64,000 bases of DNA. Origin: Selaginella moellendorffii. Taxonomy: Eukaryota > Plantae > Lycopodiophyta. Shown here piece by piece: positions 1 to 13,449 of the stretch (within the stretch, counting starts at the first letter, position 1; every line of letters starts with the position of its first letter). The stretch is from NCBI RefSeq assembly GCF_000143415.4, contig NW_003314306.1, positions 1,369,129 through 1,433,128 of the forward strand, given 5' to 3'. Below the pieces are notes generated by a model that was given only the letters and a program-made list of their open reading frames with translations, ran no database searches and was not told the origin of the DNA. A program made the position numbers and the translations under genes.

Positions 1-1051
1 CTTTTCTGTTTATGGTCGTGTTCGCCAACACTGCCACCTGGTCAAGGCCCACAGACCTGACCACTAAATCCCACTGTCCTTTAGAACTTCCTCACTATGT
101 GACCATATTCTTGGTCACTACACTAGATGACTGTTCCTCTACTGTTCCATAGTTTAGGACTTTAGGACAATATTTTGGAACACTATACCCCTACACGAGC
201 TTCATGGGTACTCTCCCCACTTTTCGCCTTTGAGTGCTCTAGCCATAGGGCTAGAGCAAGGTTCTATTGAGCTACGCCAAATATCCAAGTAGGTAGTGCC
301 ACCCACACTTGAACTAGGAGTATCAACCATTTGATCTCCCAAGGGAGCTAGAGCCAACTCTTGAATACTTCCCCAAACTACCCCACTTATTTATTTGTAT
401 TCACTCTAGCTTTGGACTCTTTAGTGGATATATTATCACCCAACACTCCATTTCAGACTCCATCTCAAACTCCATCTCAAACTCCATCTCAGACTCTATC
501 TTGGATCCATTTTAGACTCCATCTCAAACTCCATCTCAGACTCTATCTTGGATCCATTTCAGACTCCATCTCGGGTCCATCTCGAACACCATTTTGGACT
601 CTATCTCAGGTCCATCTCGGACTTCATCTCAGGTCCATTTCAGACTCCATTTCGGACTCCATCTTGGACTCCATCTCGGATCCATCTTGGACTCCATCTC
701 CGACTCCATCTCGGCTCCATCTCGGATCCATCTCAGACTTTATCTCGGATTCATCTCAAACTCCATCTCAGACTCCATCTTAGGTTTATCTTGGACTCCA
801 TCTTGGGTCCATCTCAACACTTCTATGAGTCATGTGTTGGTCCTTTTATATCCCTTTTCTAGAGACTCATTTATTGCTTGCTTTGAGCTCGTTCTTTGAG
901 CCCTTCATTGGGAGTTCCACTCTTGCTTTTGACTTTTCAAGTTAGAGCTTTTAGTCCGAATGTGTTACACTCGTTTGGCTTTCGCTTCGGCCACTACCAC
1001 ATGGCACCCTTTTAGCTCCATTTTGGGGTTTAGGAATTTGTGTCTCACACA
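1..1051 (-). mobile_element. LTR-like repeat, copy A, truncated by the window start
   Basis: The reverse complement begins TGTGTGAGA at 1051 and aligns in inverted orientation with 8761-9860 (e.g. GTGTTCGCCAACAC at 18-31 vs GTGTTGGCGAACAC near 9838-9851). It abuts a gypsy remnant whose other copy (near 24900) is uninterrupted at this point. Confidence 0.6.
445..815. repeat. Degenerate ~12-bp tandem array (TC(A/G)GACTCCATC-like) inside the LTR-like repeat
   Basis: Repeated tcagactccatc / tcaaactccatc / ttggactccatc units. These create the spurious QTPS/LDSI ORFs. Confidence 0.9.
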
Positions 1052-4017
1052 AGAATAATCAAGTAAAACCTTTGACAAGGATAATTAACTATCCTAGATG
1101 ATAGTCAATTATCACCAATGATTGCCAGATGCAAAAACTAACGTCAACATTGAAACTAATGAGCCAAAATATCTTCCCTAACAACTCCTAACAAATGGAA
1201 CAATGAATAAAAAACTTAAAGAATTAAAAGCTCAAAGAAACCTATAACCAGGTCTCTCATAATAATGATCACAAATCTTGCACAAATTAACTTCAATGCC
1301 AAAGAAGAAATCATGGTACAACCGACAACATCTTTCTCAATACATCCATAACCTTCATAATACCAAAGCTAATGAAAAACATGTCTGCATCAATCTAAAG
1401 AACTAGCACAACAAAGTTATAATCAACAAGTGATCATCAAATGATCCTTTATGAATCCATTTTCTATAGAAAACATAACTCACTTCATAATAAGTATAAG
1501 AAGAATCATTGATAATTGATATATTCCCAATTCAAATCCAACAAGAATTACCAACTTCAATATCAATCAGTAACTCTTCTTTTTATAAAGTTAGTATAGT
1601 CCACGATTAAATCACATTTCAAGGAAAAGCCAAAAACTCAACCCCTACTAAACAATCTCGTTTAAAACATAACTAACTCAAACTTGCCACTCAACTCGTT
1701 TGAATGCCAATATAGTTGCAATTAGTAAATGCATGAATGTTAATAACACAAAACTACAGCTAAATCATCAACACTATCTTCATCAAGACTAATGAAACTT
1801 AATATTAATCCTAAAGAGAAACATCTCATCCCACTTGAATCTCAACAACAATAATATCAACAACAAGGCATCACTTTAATACTATCAACACTAGAATAAA
1901 GCTAAAAGAAAGCAAGAATGAATCACCACTCAAAGTATTCTAATAACCAAGCTAGCCAAAGTCAAAGATACTTTAGTCAATATCTAAGACCAATTCCTTC
2001 AACAATACTTAGTTACAAATAATACATCACCAAGGAGTGAATCACCACATCCAAGACTTGATATAATCTAACACTACAGATTAAATGCCACCAAATAATA
2101 TTGATAAAAGTGGAATCGATATACCAACATAAAAAAACCATGCAAGCCTATGATATGATCCTCTACAACACCATCCAGTAAAGCAAGCCCATCACTACTA
2201 AATCATTATTGAATAAAACAAGTGTTAATAGTCCTCGATGAAGTCTACAAGCAATTACTAGTTGCAATGCAACTAATAACCACTCTTCAACTTGAATTCA
2301 CAAAACCCAAACATTAAACTTATGCTATCAAGTTATATATTTGTCTAACATGAACGTAATACCCTAGGTATAAGATAAAGGTTTATGGACAAGCACAAAC
2401 TAAATGACCACCAAGCTCACTAATTCATATAGCCAATAAACTTAAGCATGCTTTGAAAAAGTTAGCTATGCATGATCATCACTCAATTGAAATTAAAATG
2501 AAGATCATGAGATGAACTCATATTGGTACACAACTTCCTCATAAACAAAGCTATAGTATGGGTACTAACATCTAAACCTCAAACAACTAAATTAGACATC
2601 ACTATCCTTAGCCAAAGTGTAAAGCTATTAAGACTAAGTCAAGATCAGTGAGAGCTTACTACTCTCATAGAGTCTAACAAAATGTAAGGTGCAACTTACC
2701 ACCTAGCATAATGCTATAAAAAAAAAGGCATAATAGTCACATTTCTAGAAAAGTGTAACAGATACTTTTCTACATTACCTCTAAACTCTATTCAACTCAA
2801 TTGCTTTAGCCCCAAAAATTAGCATCCCTTTCAAGTCACATCATATAAATTATATACTAAAATCTAAGCTAACTGCAACCCTTTCACTAGTTTCTAATGG
2901 TTTTCAAAATTAGAATGGTTTTTGAGCAACATAATCAACAAATCAACCATTAGAAAAGTTTAAGAAAATTTATGGAAAATTTTCCATCCTAGAGAAAAAA
3001 TGACTCTCAATCTAGGAATGCAAACTTTCAAAACCCAACTAACTTCCTCCTACATATAACTTCACATAGGTTCACCTCAATATAAATTCTCATGATCCAA
3101 TAGTATGTTTAAGTATTGAATATTTTGCCCATATTTCCGACATTCAACATTGATATCCGCAAAATGCAAAATAAACATTCAAGACTTGAACATAAAGACT
3201 ATATATTTGGATATCCACATTGCAATAACACTCTTTTTTAATCATTTTCAAGATCCAATGTGAAGCTAAAACACTAACAGAAAAAATGACATGAAAAATC
3301 AAGGTCTAAGGAAAATTTCCCATCACTCAAAACAATAATGTCACTTCCACTAACACAAGTGTTAGCAATGTCAATGCTTCAACTACACACCTTTTCCATC
3401 TAACAATATACTCTAAGTGTTAACAAATAAACTAACAAGCTATAGCAAGTGAATGCTATAACCCTTTCCATCACTTTATGGGCAACTCTCAAAAACCAAG
3501 GTATCAACTCAAGCTTAGCATAATGGACCACCATCGAGAATCCAAGTCAAAGCTACTTCAATGTTACTATTTGTAAGTAGACTAGCTTCACTATTAACCA
3601 CTTTGGGGTTGATCATCATTTAACCAAGCAACTTCATAAATACATTGCTTAATACACATGGATATGATATAAAAAGCACAATAACTTTATCATCAATTGA
3701 GCAGCACCACGAGCAACATCCATATCATTACTTCAAAGATTTATATAAGTATCAAATGCTAACTCTATTTGACAAAATGCAACATAAATGCCACACCCCA
3801 CCAATAGAGATTTACAATACCTAACACCACTATTTTTTATTCACAACACAAACAAGCTCATGCCACTCTTTTTTCGATCAAACTCAAAACTAATCCAACA
3901 CTAAATTACTCAAGGATCAATAGCCAAGTTCCTTAGAAAAGAATTGAGCATTGTAATCCAAGTCTTCAATAACAATCTTGGACAAAATGGCCTAGCACTT
4001 CACACTATCTATCCCAT
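1052..4017 (+). mobile_element. Highly decayed Ty3/gypsy-like internal (pol) region
   Basis: Stop-riddled. 1052-2250 is the reverse complement of ~23720-24900. 2972-3180 matches 16229-16440, which reads VEKFSIIEKE*LSI (gypsy RNase H YSxxEKExLAI-like). Confidence 0.5.
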
Positions 4018-5009
4018 NNNNNNNNNNNNNNNNNNNNNNNNNNNNNNNNNNNNNNNNNNNNNNNNNNNNNNNNNNNNNNNNNNNNNNNNNNNNNNNNNNN
4101 NNNNNNNNNNNNNNNNNGTAAACTATCATAACTAATATGCATTAAAATAGAGACTCTTGATTGCATAATATGAATATGAGCAATGAGTTAACACTTAATT
4201 GCAAATTATCTCTCCAGAAAAAGAAAATGATTTACGTGTTTGATCCTTCGTCCCTGATAACTCTCTTTTCAGTCTCATCTTGACAAAACCTCAAACTTGC
4301 ATTTGTACTGCCTTTAGTCCAATTCAAGAAAAGTTTATGAGAGAGCATGGCAATGACTAATTGAACCAATAGACTAATCCCTATAGTATTGATTGATCCA
4401 CTTATAATCATGCTTAGGAAGGATTCACTAATGCTGTGCTAAACAGCTACAGACCAACATATTCACTACTCGTAACAAACCTAAAGGAGGTTTGTGCTGC
4501 CAGTTGCGATCTGCCAACTCAAAAGTGTAACCTTGTGTTGCTAATATGCCTCACTCACGAGCCCAAGTGTAAACTCATTCAAAATAGTATATCTAATATC
4601 CATCTTATGAGCCCAAGTGAAAGCTTATATAATTTAGTATGAAAAATAACCAAATTTTATACCCAAGAAACATGAAACAAGAAACATGAAACAAGAAACA
4701 AGAAATTTTATACCCAAATTTTATACGAATGCTAAGTCTTAGCACCAAAACATATACCCACTTAAATCATTTTTTTCATCTCTACATATGCAATGAAACT
4801 AATTGCCCAATTTCATTGGATAGTACTTGTTGAGACATATCCTTTAAAACCAAATGTAGTGCACCCTATCTCTCTCCCCTTAATCTAATTGGAAAAAGGG
4901 CAATTGCTTGGGATGAGATTTAAATTTATTGTCATTGTGGATCCTTGGAATTTTGGGGAATAAATGGGAATAAAATAGCCATTAAGGGCTCTTTCATCAT
5001 GATTACATG

Positions 5010-8000
5010 CGCTATAGTGAGCAAAAGTGAAGCAAGGGTGAGAGAGTGGAGGCAATCCCTGTGGCCAACAAAGATCGAGGGCAATAAAAGGGAGTAGACT
5101 GGAGAGAGAACACTAGGGGAAAAAATACAGCAAGAATAGGAGAGGGGGGGGGGGGGGCAGGGGGGATCAACAAAGGGAAGTGCAAGATGGATGTATATAA
5201 GATGAAGGACAGGAGAGCAAGCAAGAGCTAAAGGGTGAGTGGAAGGAAAGCAAAGACAAAAAGATGCCCCGAGCAAGGATGAGCACGGTAGGAGGGAGAG
5301 CTAGGGGAGTGCAGTTCTTGGGCTTGCCAAAAGTCCTTGACCCAGAAGAGGCACTAGTAGGAAAAGTATTATTGGTCAATGTAAAGAATAAATAACAGAT
5401 GGAGTCAAGTGAAGATGAAGGAGCACCTCTCCCAAGAGTGCCTAGAAGGAACTACACAATCGAATCACTAGGGAAAAGAAAGGAAAATGTAATGGCAAGG
5501 GGAAAAAAAGAAAATAGTGGGAAAGAAGCAAAGGTAGCATCTTTAGTAGGGATCAAGCAGAGAGTCAAATAGAACTGCCTACTGGATAAGGGCCCTCTTT
5601 GTTTTAAAACAATTCGGGAAACAAATGAAAGGAAGGAACAAGAGGCCAAGCTGGTGGCAAAGGAGGAGGCAAAGTGGATGTTGGAAGAGGAAGCGAGTCA
5701 AGAAAAAGAAAAGGTCAATAAGGTAGTGTGGGAGGAGATGGACAGGCAAGAAGGACCAAGTGAAGTGGAGTTAGTGGCACAGACATATGAAGCACTAATT
5801 GGGCAAGAGATGTTTAGAAGTATGGGGGAAGAGAAGGGAAAAGAAAAGTGGGAAGAGGGGAAAAAGAGTGAAGCATCATCGTTAAAAGGATATTAAGAAG
5901 AGGTTATTTCAAAGGTTGTGATATCCCCTGAAAGGAAGCAAGGGCCAAAGGTTGGTTATCCAAGTGTGATGCCAAAATACTCAAAAATGTCAATGTGTCT
6001 GGATGCACCTATAATCCTATTTGGACCACCTCCAGTAAAGATTGAGGAGATAATGCCACCAAGAAAGCCAACAAGAATGCTATATAGGCTAGCAAATGAT
6101 GTATTAGAAGTGGNNNNNNNNNNNNNNNNNNNNNNNNNNNNNNNNNNNNNNNNNNNNNNNNNNNNNNNNNNNNNNNNNNNNNNNNNNNNNNNNNNNNNNN
6201 NNNNNNNNNNNNNTTGGGTCTGTGCACATTAGCATATCAGAACATGATAGTTACTATAGTGGCTGAGGATGTGAAAGATCTGGGGGGAAAAGTGCTACAA
6301 TGTGGTAATCAAGGATGACAGAGCATGACACAAATTGCTGCAGGTGGATGCATATGCATAGCTAGAGTTTTAGTTATTCTTTAGAGCTTACCACAACAAC
6401 TTCACACCTTAGAAGAAACAAATGTTGCTTCCACCATTGGTGATTGTTAATTTTGATCTTCAAGGATTGGATATGGCATTGGTGGAGGATAAGATATTGG
6501 CAGCAATAATTGGATACATTCATAAGGATGGAAGGAATGCTGGTGGGATAGAGTCATAGTTAAAGTGAGAATCCCAAGGGAAATGTATATTCTATTTGAG
6601 GTTGAACTAAAGCAAAGGAAGGGAGAAGAGTCAAGGAGGATCAGAGTCATTCTGCTCCCAAATCCAAACCTTTGCATCATCTGTTGAAGGACGGAACACA
6701 TTGGAAAAAATTGTCTGACCAAAAGAGCAAGCACGGAGGAGGTTCGGGAGCCAGTAGAGGAGCGACAAAAGGCAACCAGTAGGGTAGAAGGGAAGAAATG
6801 AGGAGCCAAAGCAGAAAGAGAAATGAGGGAGAGATTAGCATCAAGTGGAGAAAGCAAGAAACCACGAACCAAAGGAAAAAAGGATGAGAGGCAAGGTGAA
6901 CAATCAATAATGACCAAACAGGAAAAGGGGTAATTAGGATCATCCAGAGTCAAAGAATGGAGACATGAAGGACATAACATGGAGAGGCATAGGGACCTAG
7001 TCTAGCAATAGAGACAGTGCAGGATAAAGGAGAGGTACCTCCACAACAAGTAATGTAGGGAGTACCAGGGCAAATCCAAGGGCAATCACGATCAAAATCG
7101 GCAAAAATAGAGGACTTTGCAAAAGGGAACTATCTACTAAGTTTTACTCCCCCGAGATGTGCAGTATGTGAAGTAGAACTGTATGTAACTAGCACAAACC
7201 TCTAAAGTTTTTGGGGGAGTGGATTGAAAACAGAATTGGCTACGTGCCATAGGCAATTCTAATCGTGCCAGGGCAAGACATCGGGCAAACTCTAGAAGGT
7301 ATACTAGCGTATAATTTCAATTGGAATCCGTACAGGTTTTCGATCTAAGAAGATCATTTTATGGAGCAAGCACTGAACTGATTTAGGTTTCGTGGAACTG
7401 TGAGAATCCTATTTGCATGGCCACTCCTTCTATGGACTTGAAATATCGGTGCACCATTTAAAAAAGATTGAAATGGCATTTGATGCTGCACGAAAGTACT
7501 ACAACCAAAGCATTGAGAAAGTCAGACAAATGACAACAGTATGGTGGATAGTGAATGGAAATATGATATATATGGCAACTAAAGATCATGCTAAATGTGT
7601 TAGTTTTCATGTTGGCTTGGCTGGCTGACTACTACCATTCAAGGTTCCCAAGGAAAGTATAAGACCAGACATGTTAAAAGCAAATTTGATCCAAGTAATA
7701 AAAATGGATAAGAAAACAGCAATGATGGATCCAACAATAATGGAAGGTTTCATAGCTAGGTAGTATTGGTTTAGGTAACAAAAATTAAACTAGTTGGTCT
7801 AAGACTCAGTAGAATGGAATTGGTAGGGGAAAAAGAAGGAAGAATTCTTTGTGTATGAGACAAAGTTGGGGAGACGACTTATTAGGCTGAGCATTGACTC
7901 ATTACTGATAACAAGAATGAAACAAACTAATATATAATATATGATACAGCAGACTACACTAAAAGGGTTGTGGAAAGGAAGATGGGTGGCGAAGACAAAA

Positions 8001-8750
8001 TACTTTATATGGTTGGTCATGCAAGATCATCTGCCATCTAAACAAAATATACATCTCCTAGACCAGTCATGTGATAAATGTGGGGCAAGGGAGACATAAA
8101 GGCACATACTTTAGGAATGTGAGAGCGCACAAGATGTATAGAGAGGCACATGCTAGTTGTTGCAACAACATTCCCAAAGACAAGTGTGCCTCACATATGA
8201 AGCAACAATGTGGGGTGAAGCTGCTGAGAGAATGTGAAATGGAACAAACTCTTGGAAATGGTCCTCAACAAGGGAAGGGGTACCATGGTTTAACCAACTC
8301 AACATGATGAGAACAGACACAAAGGAGTATCCTTAGAGTTAGTAGACTTGCTGTGAGGAATTACATTGTGGGAAGTTTGGAAAGCCAGGTGCAACAAAAT
8401 TTTCAACGACAAACATGAAGGGCCAAAGATGGTGGCATCACGAGTATGGACTAGAATGATTACTACAATAGCAGCTCATGTCCTATAATTGGAAAGGAGA
8501 GGAAGGTGAAATGGTCCAGAAAAAGCTAAGAAAGAAGCATAGATCTAGCAATTTTTGCGGAAGCAAAGGGAGGCAAGTACTTAGGAATGGATGTGGACAC
8601 CACTAAACGAATGGTTCTGGGTAACACATTTGAGCAAACCTTCAAGATCCAATTCACAAGCAACTCCCCTCTCCATAGGTACTTCTATAGTAGGCCCCTT
8701 TAAGTAAAGGTTCTTTACTGGTTTCATGCCCAATGAAGCTATACCCAATT
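5010..8750 (+). mobile_element. Decayed L1-type LINE (ORF1 zinc knuckle plus ORF2 C-terminal zf-RVT region)
   Basis: From 6673: CIIC*RTEHIGKNC (CX2CX4HX4C). From ~7962: KGLWKGRWVAKTKYFIWLVMQDHLP...CDKCGARET*RHIL*EC. Near 8365: LWEVWKARCNKIF. Purine-rich sense strand with many stops. Boundaries are approximate. Confidence 0.75.
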
Positions 8751-8760
8751 TTTGGTGTTT

Positions 8761-10250
8761 TGTGTGAGAAACAAATCTTTAAGCCCTAAAGTGGAGTAGA
8801 AAGGGTGCCATATAGTAGTGGTCAAAGTGGAAGTCTAACAAATGTAATCTGTTTAGATTAAAGGCTTTAATTTGGAAAGTCAAAAGTGGGAGTGGAACTC
8901 CAAATGAAGTGCTTGAAGGATGAGCACAAAGCAATTGATGAATGAGTTTTTAAAAAGGGACACAAGAAAGACTGACACATGGCAAGTGTCGTGACATATG
9001 AAAGTGTCAGAAATGAGTCCAAAAAAGAGTCTAAAATGGAGTCCAAGAAGGAGTCCAAGAAAGAGTCCAAGATGGAGTTTGATATGGACCCAAGATGGAT
9101 CCAATATGGAGTCCAAGATGGATCCAAAATGGACTTGAGATGGAGTTTGAGATGAATTCGAGATGGAGTCTGAGATGGACTTGAGATGGAGTCTAAGGTC
9201 AAGTCCAAGGTCGAGGTTGAGACCGAATCCGAGTCTAAGACCGAGATCGAGACCAAGACCGAGTCCGAGTCCAAGTTCGAGTTCAAGTCCGAGTTTGAGG
9301 GTGAAAGCCCAAAGTGATCATCTCCTAAACCCTAAGGGGTTTGAAAATATAGTAAGGGGAAGACTTTAATGGAGCTAATTTAGTGAGAAAAGGCTAGTGT
9401 GATCAAGGAAGGCTATACCCATGTGTTAGGTGATGATATATCCATTAAAGAGTTCAAGACTAGAGTGAACATGGATAGACAAACAGAAGAGCTTAGTGAA
9501 GTGTTCAAAAGCCGACTTTAGCTCCCCCAAGAGATCAAATGGTTGATGCTCCCAATCCAAGTGTGAGTGGCATTACTTACTTGGATACTTGGTGTGGCTC
9601 ATCAGAACCTTGCTCTAACCATATGGCTAAGACACCCAAAGGTGGAAGGTGGGGAGAGTACCCACAAGGCTCACATAGGGCTATAGTGTTTCAAAATGAC
9701 TTCCAAAAGTCCTTGACTGTGAAAAGAAGGAGGAATAGTTTTCTTGTGTAGTGACTAAAGATACAGTCACATGGTGAGGAAGTCCCAAAAGTCAGTAGGA
9801 CTTAGTGGTTAGGCCTTTGGGCCTTGATCTAGTAGTAGTGTTGGCGAACACAGCCGTGGATGAAGACTTGGTGGGAACGGAAGAAGAGACATTGAGGAAG
9901 GGTGTTCCCTATGTCTTTAAGCATCCTATGGATGTTAAGATGTAGTCATAAGATAACCACTCATGGATAGATGGCCTAGTTTTTTAGAGACGGGATTGTG
10001 ATGCAGGTGGTCTTGGACCACCAGTATGACAAAGGTGAATGAGCATGGCCTTAGCATAATAGGTTAATATATCGATGGTACCTTTGGGTGTCGGTCATGG
10101 GATCGGACATGTGGAGCATTTAGACCAAGTGCAAAGGCTAAATGGCATAAATGCCATTTACAGAGCTAGCATGTCCCCAAGTCGGGAATAAAACTTATGG
10201 AGGTTGTGAGTGAAACTCCTTCAAGTGGTTAAAGGTGTGGTTAAGTGACT
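8761..10250 (+). mobile_element. LTR-like repeat, copy B (right end uncertain)
   Basis: Begins TGTGTGAGAAACAAAT and is an inverted homologue of 1-1051. It contains the same 12-bp array (gatggagtccaa/gatggagtctga, ~9010-9300). Confidence 0.55.
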
Positions 10251-10439
10251 AAAGTAGAATAAAAAATTTAGTCACTTTCATATTATGCTAGTTCTCACAA
10301 TTCTTAACTCACAATCTCAAAATATCTATAACCATCACATCACAAATCATGTAGGTTTAAAAATTCTTAGCTCATAATTCAAGCAATTTATAGTGGAAGG
10401 CAAATGGTTAGCATGAGAAGTAAACCTCTATCATCTTTA

Positions 10440-11050
10440 ACAACCATGCCCCCACCAAAAACCACACTATAGACAAAAATTAATCAATTGGTGTGTATTA
10501 CATTAAGCCAAAAAGTCTCCACTAGCGGTATCAAATAGAGTTTGAGGTTTTCCATATAAATCCACAAACATTTAGAGAAGTGTTTTGGGTTTTAATAGCT
10601 ACATTCACTTTTTTTTGTGATGAGCTTGCTCTAAAATTGGCTAAGAGGCCTCCTCCAGGTTTAGCAAAAATACCAAGGCAACACTTACCTATTTCAAAAC
10701 AAGTAACTATTGCTTTAAAATGCTTGACATCTAAAGATATGTAGTGAATGATTAATGATGCATTTAGAGTGGTTTCATGCACTACTCAAGTTTGTCTACA
10801 CCATTTTAGAAAAACATTTCTTAAGCATGAAGGATTAATGATCCATTAGCCGAATGAGGAGGGAATGAAATTATAGTAAGATTTTAGAGATTGCATCAAT
10901 TCCCAAATTGTTGTGGTGCAATGGATTGCACTCATATTGCAATTAAACTCCCAAGATCAGAAGACACAACAGATTGGTATGCTGGGCAAAAATGTATTAC
11001 TCGATGGTAGTTCAAGCTGTGGTAGATAGTAAGACTTCATTCTTTGTTGC
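10440..11050 (+). mobile_element. PIF/Harbinger (HARBI1-like, DDE_Tnp_4) transposase remnant
   Basis: From 10891: LHQFPNCCGAMDCTHIAIKLPRSEDTTDWY, then a frameshift, then YYSMVVQAVVDSKTSF. Upstream LPISKQVTIALKCL resembles the LSVEKQVAIALxRL helix. Confidence 0.8.
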
Positions 11051-11649
11051 AGAGCATCTTGGAGTATAGAGATTCTTGGAATATTCCTTTTAAGAATATT
11101 TTAAGTATAAGAGAATATTCTATATGGGTATATACCTTTCTTTCCTGCAATTTTATGGCACCACAAGGGCATGAGTATATTGAGTTTTTGGCTATAGTGA
11201 ATTCCTTTATTAGCTTTCTTTAGGTTTTGGGACTCATGACTAAAAAGTCTTGTTCTTATGTCCTAGTTTTTTGTTTTTCAGCAAATTGAGTAGATGGGAT
11301 TGTAGATCTCATCCTTTTCTATTTTCTGGCATCACAAATTTATAGACTTGGCATAGGAATTGTGACATGCAAGGAGATTTAAGATGCATGCTAACAAGAC
11401 TATGTTTGGTGGAGGTGTACTTTCTCTACAAGTGACCTTTTTCTTGGATATTTTTGGCACTTAGTAGCCTTACTCCTATGGTTTCTAGTAAACTCTTTCT
11501 TAATTGATTTGGTTCATTCTCTTGCAACTTCTCATCGTTTTTTGACTGTTGAGGGTTTGAGTGGTTCTTTTTTTTTGTTTTGCAGTTTTTAAAAGAATTT
11601 TCTTGGATCTTTTTCTTCATTCCTAGAAGAAACCTCACAAGAGATTTCT

Positions 11650-12140
11650 TTTGAGTCCTGTCTCATGAATTTTGGTGCTGTGTGTCAAGAGATCTAGCAT
11701 TATTTCTCTTCTTGTTTTATCTACAAGAAGTTTGAAGCTTTCTCGCCTCTTTTCTGCTCCAATTTTCTAAAATTTGTTTTGACAAAGAGGTAGAGCAAGC
11801 AAATAGCTTTTCAAAGTATCCATTCTCATGAATTTTGGTGCTGTGTGTTGAGAGATCTAGGATCGTTTCTCTTCTTGTGTTGTCTATGTGGATTTTGCCT
11901 CTTTTCTGCTCAAATTTTCTGAAATTTGTTTTGTTGAAGAAGTATATCAGGCAAATAGCTTTCCAAAGAATCCTGTCTCATGAATTTTTGTGCTGTGTGT
12001 CAAGAGATCTAGTGTCATTTCTCTTCTTGCATTATATATATGGACATTTTTTTTAGAGCTTTCTTGCCTCTTTTGTGTTCAGATTTTTCGAGTCCAAGAG
12101 CTAGGGTAGGTCAAGGGCTTTTCAACGAGTCCTGTGTTGC
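11650..12140. repeat. About three tandem copies of a ~155-165-bp unit
   Basis: ctcatgaattttggtgctgtgtgt(c/t)(a/g)agagatctag recurs at ~11663, ~11826 and ~11977. Confidence 0.75.
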
Positions 12141-13449
12141 CCATTTTCATCACTTCTAACTCAAGCCTTCCAATTTCCATACTTGTTCTTATTTATTTCA
12201 AGAGTGTGGAGAAGTTTTCTTGGTGAATAGCTTTTGTTTATTTCAAGAGTTGAATGGTTGGTTACTGGAGCTTGGGACATTCTAGATGTATTTGTTTAGA
12301 CAAAATTATGTTGTAGCTAAATATTTCTTTGGTTTGTGGCATAACTTGGCATTTGCCACTGTTGGGCATCTACAGTTCATGTCTATGTGAATAACTCTTT
12401 AGAGTATATGACATAAACTATTCCCTTATTCCAAGTTCAAGAGCAATTCTCCTAATTGTGGCATGAGCTAGAGTTTTAGAAATGCATCTCAAATAGTGAG
12501 TTTTCTTCCTTAGTTATAGATTTCAAGAGTGGGCATTTGGATCTCACCATAAAGCATCCAACAATCCATTTTCTCTAACATGCTATGGATCTACCTATGT
12601 TTGATCATACTTCAATGTTTCTCCCACAAGACCATATTGATAATTTTGCCTAGTATTGCACTTCTAATTTTATCTTGACTGATGCAGCACAATGCTTAGA
12701 GTTCATAAGATCAATGGTAGAGAAAGCACAAGCTTAGGTGAGAGCATTGGCAAAGGATGAGTGTAAGGACTTCCCCATATTACTTGCTTCTTTTCGTATG
12801 AGATCAAGAAGAGCCCACATCAGCTACTTTATAAGCTTTTCCTTTTGCGATTCAAGGAAGGAGAAGCAGAGGAGGTAACGAAGGAGGAGAATTTGGCTAT
12901 CTCTGCTTGCGTGACCAGACTCAAGCTAAGGATTCAACAAAAGGTGGCCAACCAACACCATTCCAAGTGTAACGATGTATATGACCCTCTTTAAGCCAAC
13001 TAGAAAAAAGAGGTAATTGGATGTAGCTAACTAAAAAGGGGCAATTAGATGCTTCATAAAAGAAAATATATATGCATGGATGCCTAATATGTATGATTTT
13101 AAATTTAGGGGTAAGAATATACTTTATTTAAAGATATATTATATTTTAAGTAGCCACTAATCAATGAGAATCAAACCCATGCCATTTTATTTGATACCAC
13201 ATATAATGCACTTTATTTCTCTCCCTTTAAGCTAACTAAAAAAAGGGTAATTGCTTAATGAAAAAGCCTTTAGTGGCTATTTTATCCCTATTTATCCTCC
13301 ATCCAAGGATCCACGATAGCAGTATATCTAAATTTCATCCCATGATCACATATGTTATAAAGATCAAGAAGGATTTGATGCAAGAGTTAGAAATTTTCAA
13401 TATGACAAAGATGCTTGGACCATCTCTTAATATGGCAATGTATGCCATC

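Noticed and set aside
445-815. CRISPR-like array
   Set aside because: Contiguous degenerate units with no unique spacers, no cas genes and a eukaryotic context.
361-899. Overlapping QTPS/LDSI/RLHL ORFs (also 8867-9369)
   Set aside because: They are by-products of a stop-poor 12-bp tandem array inside an LTR-like repeat.
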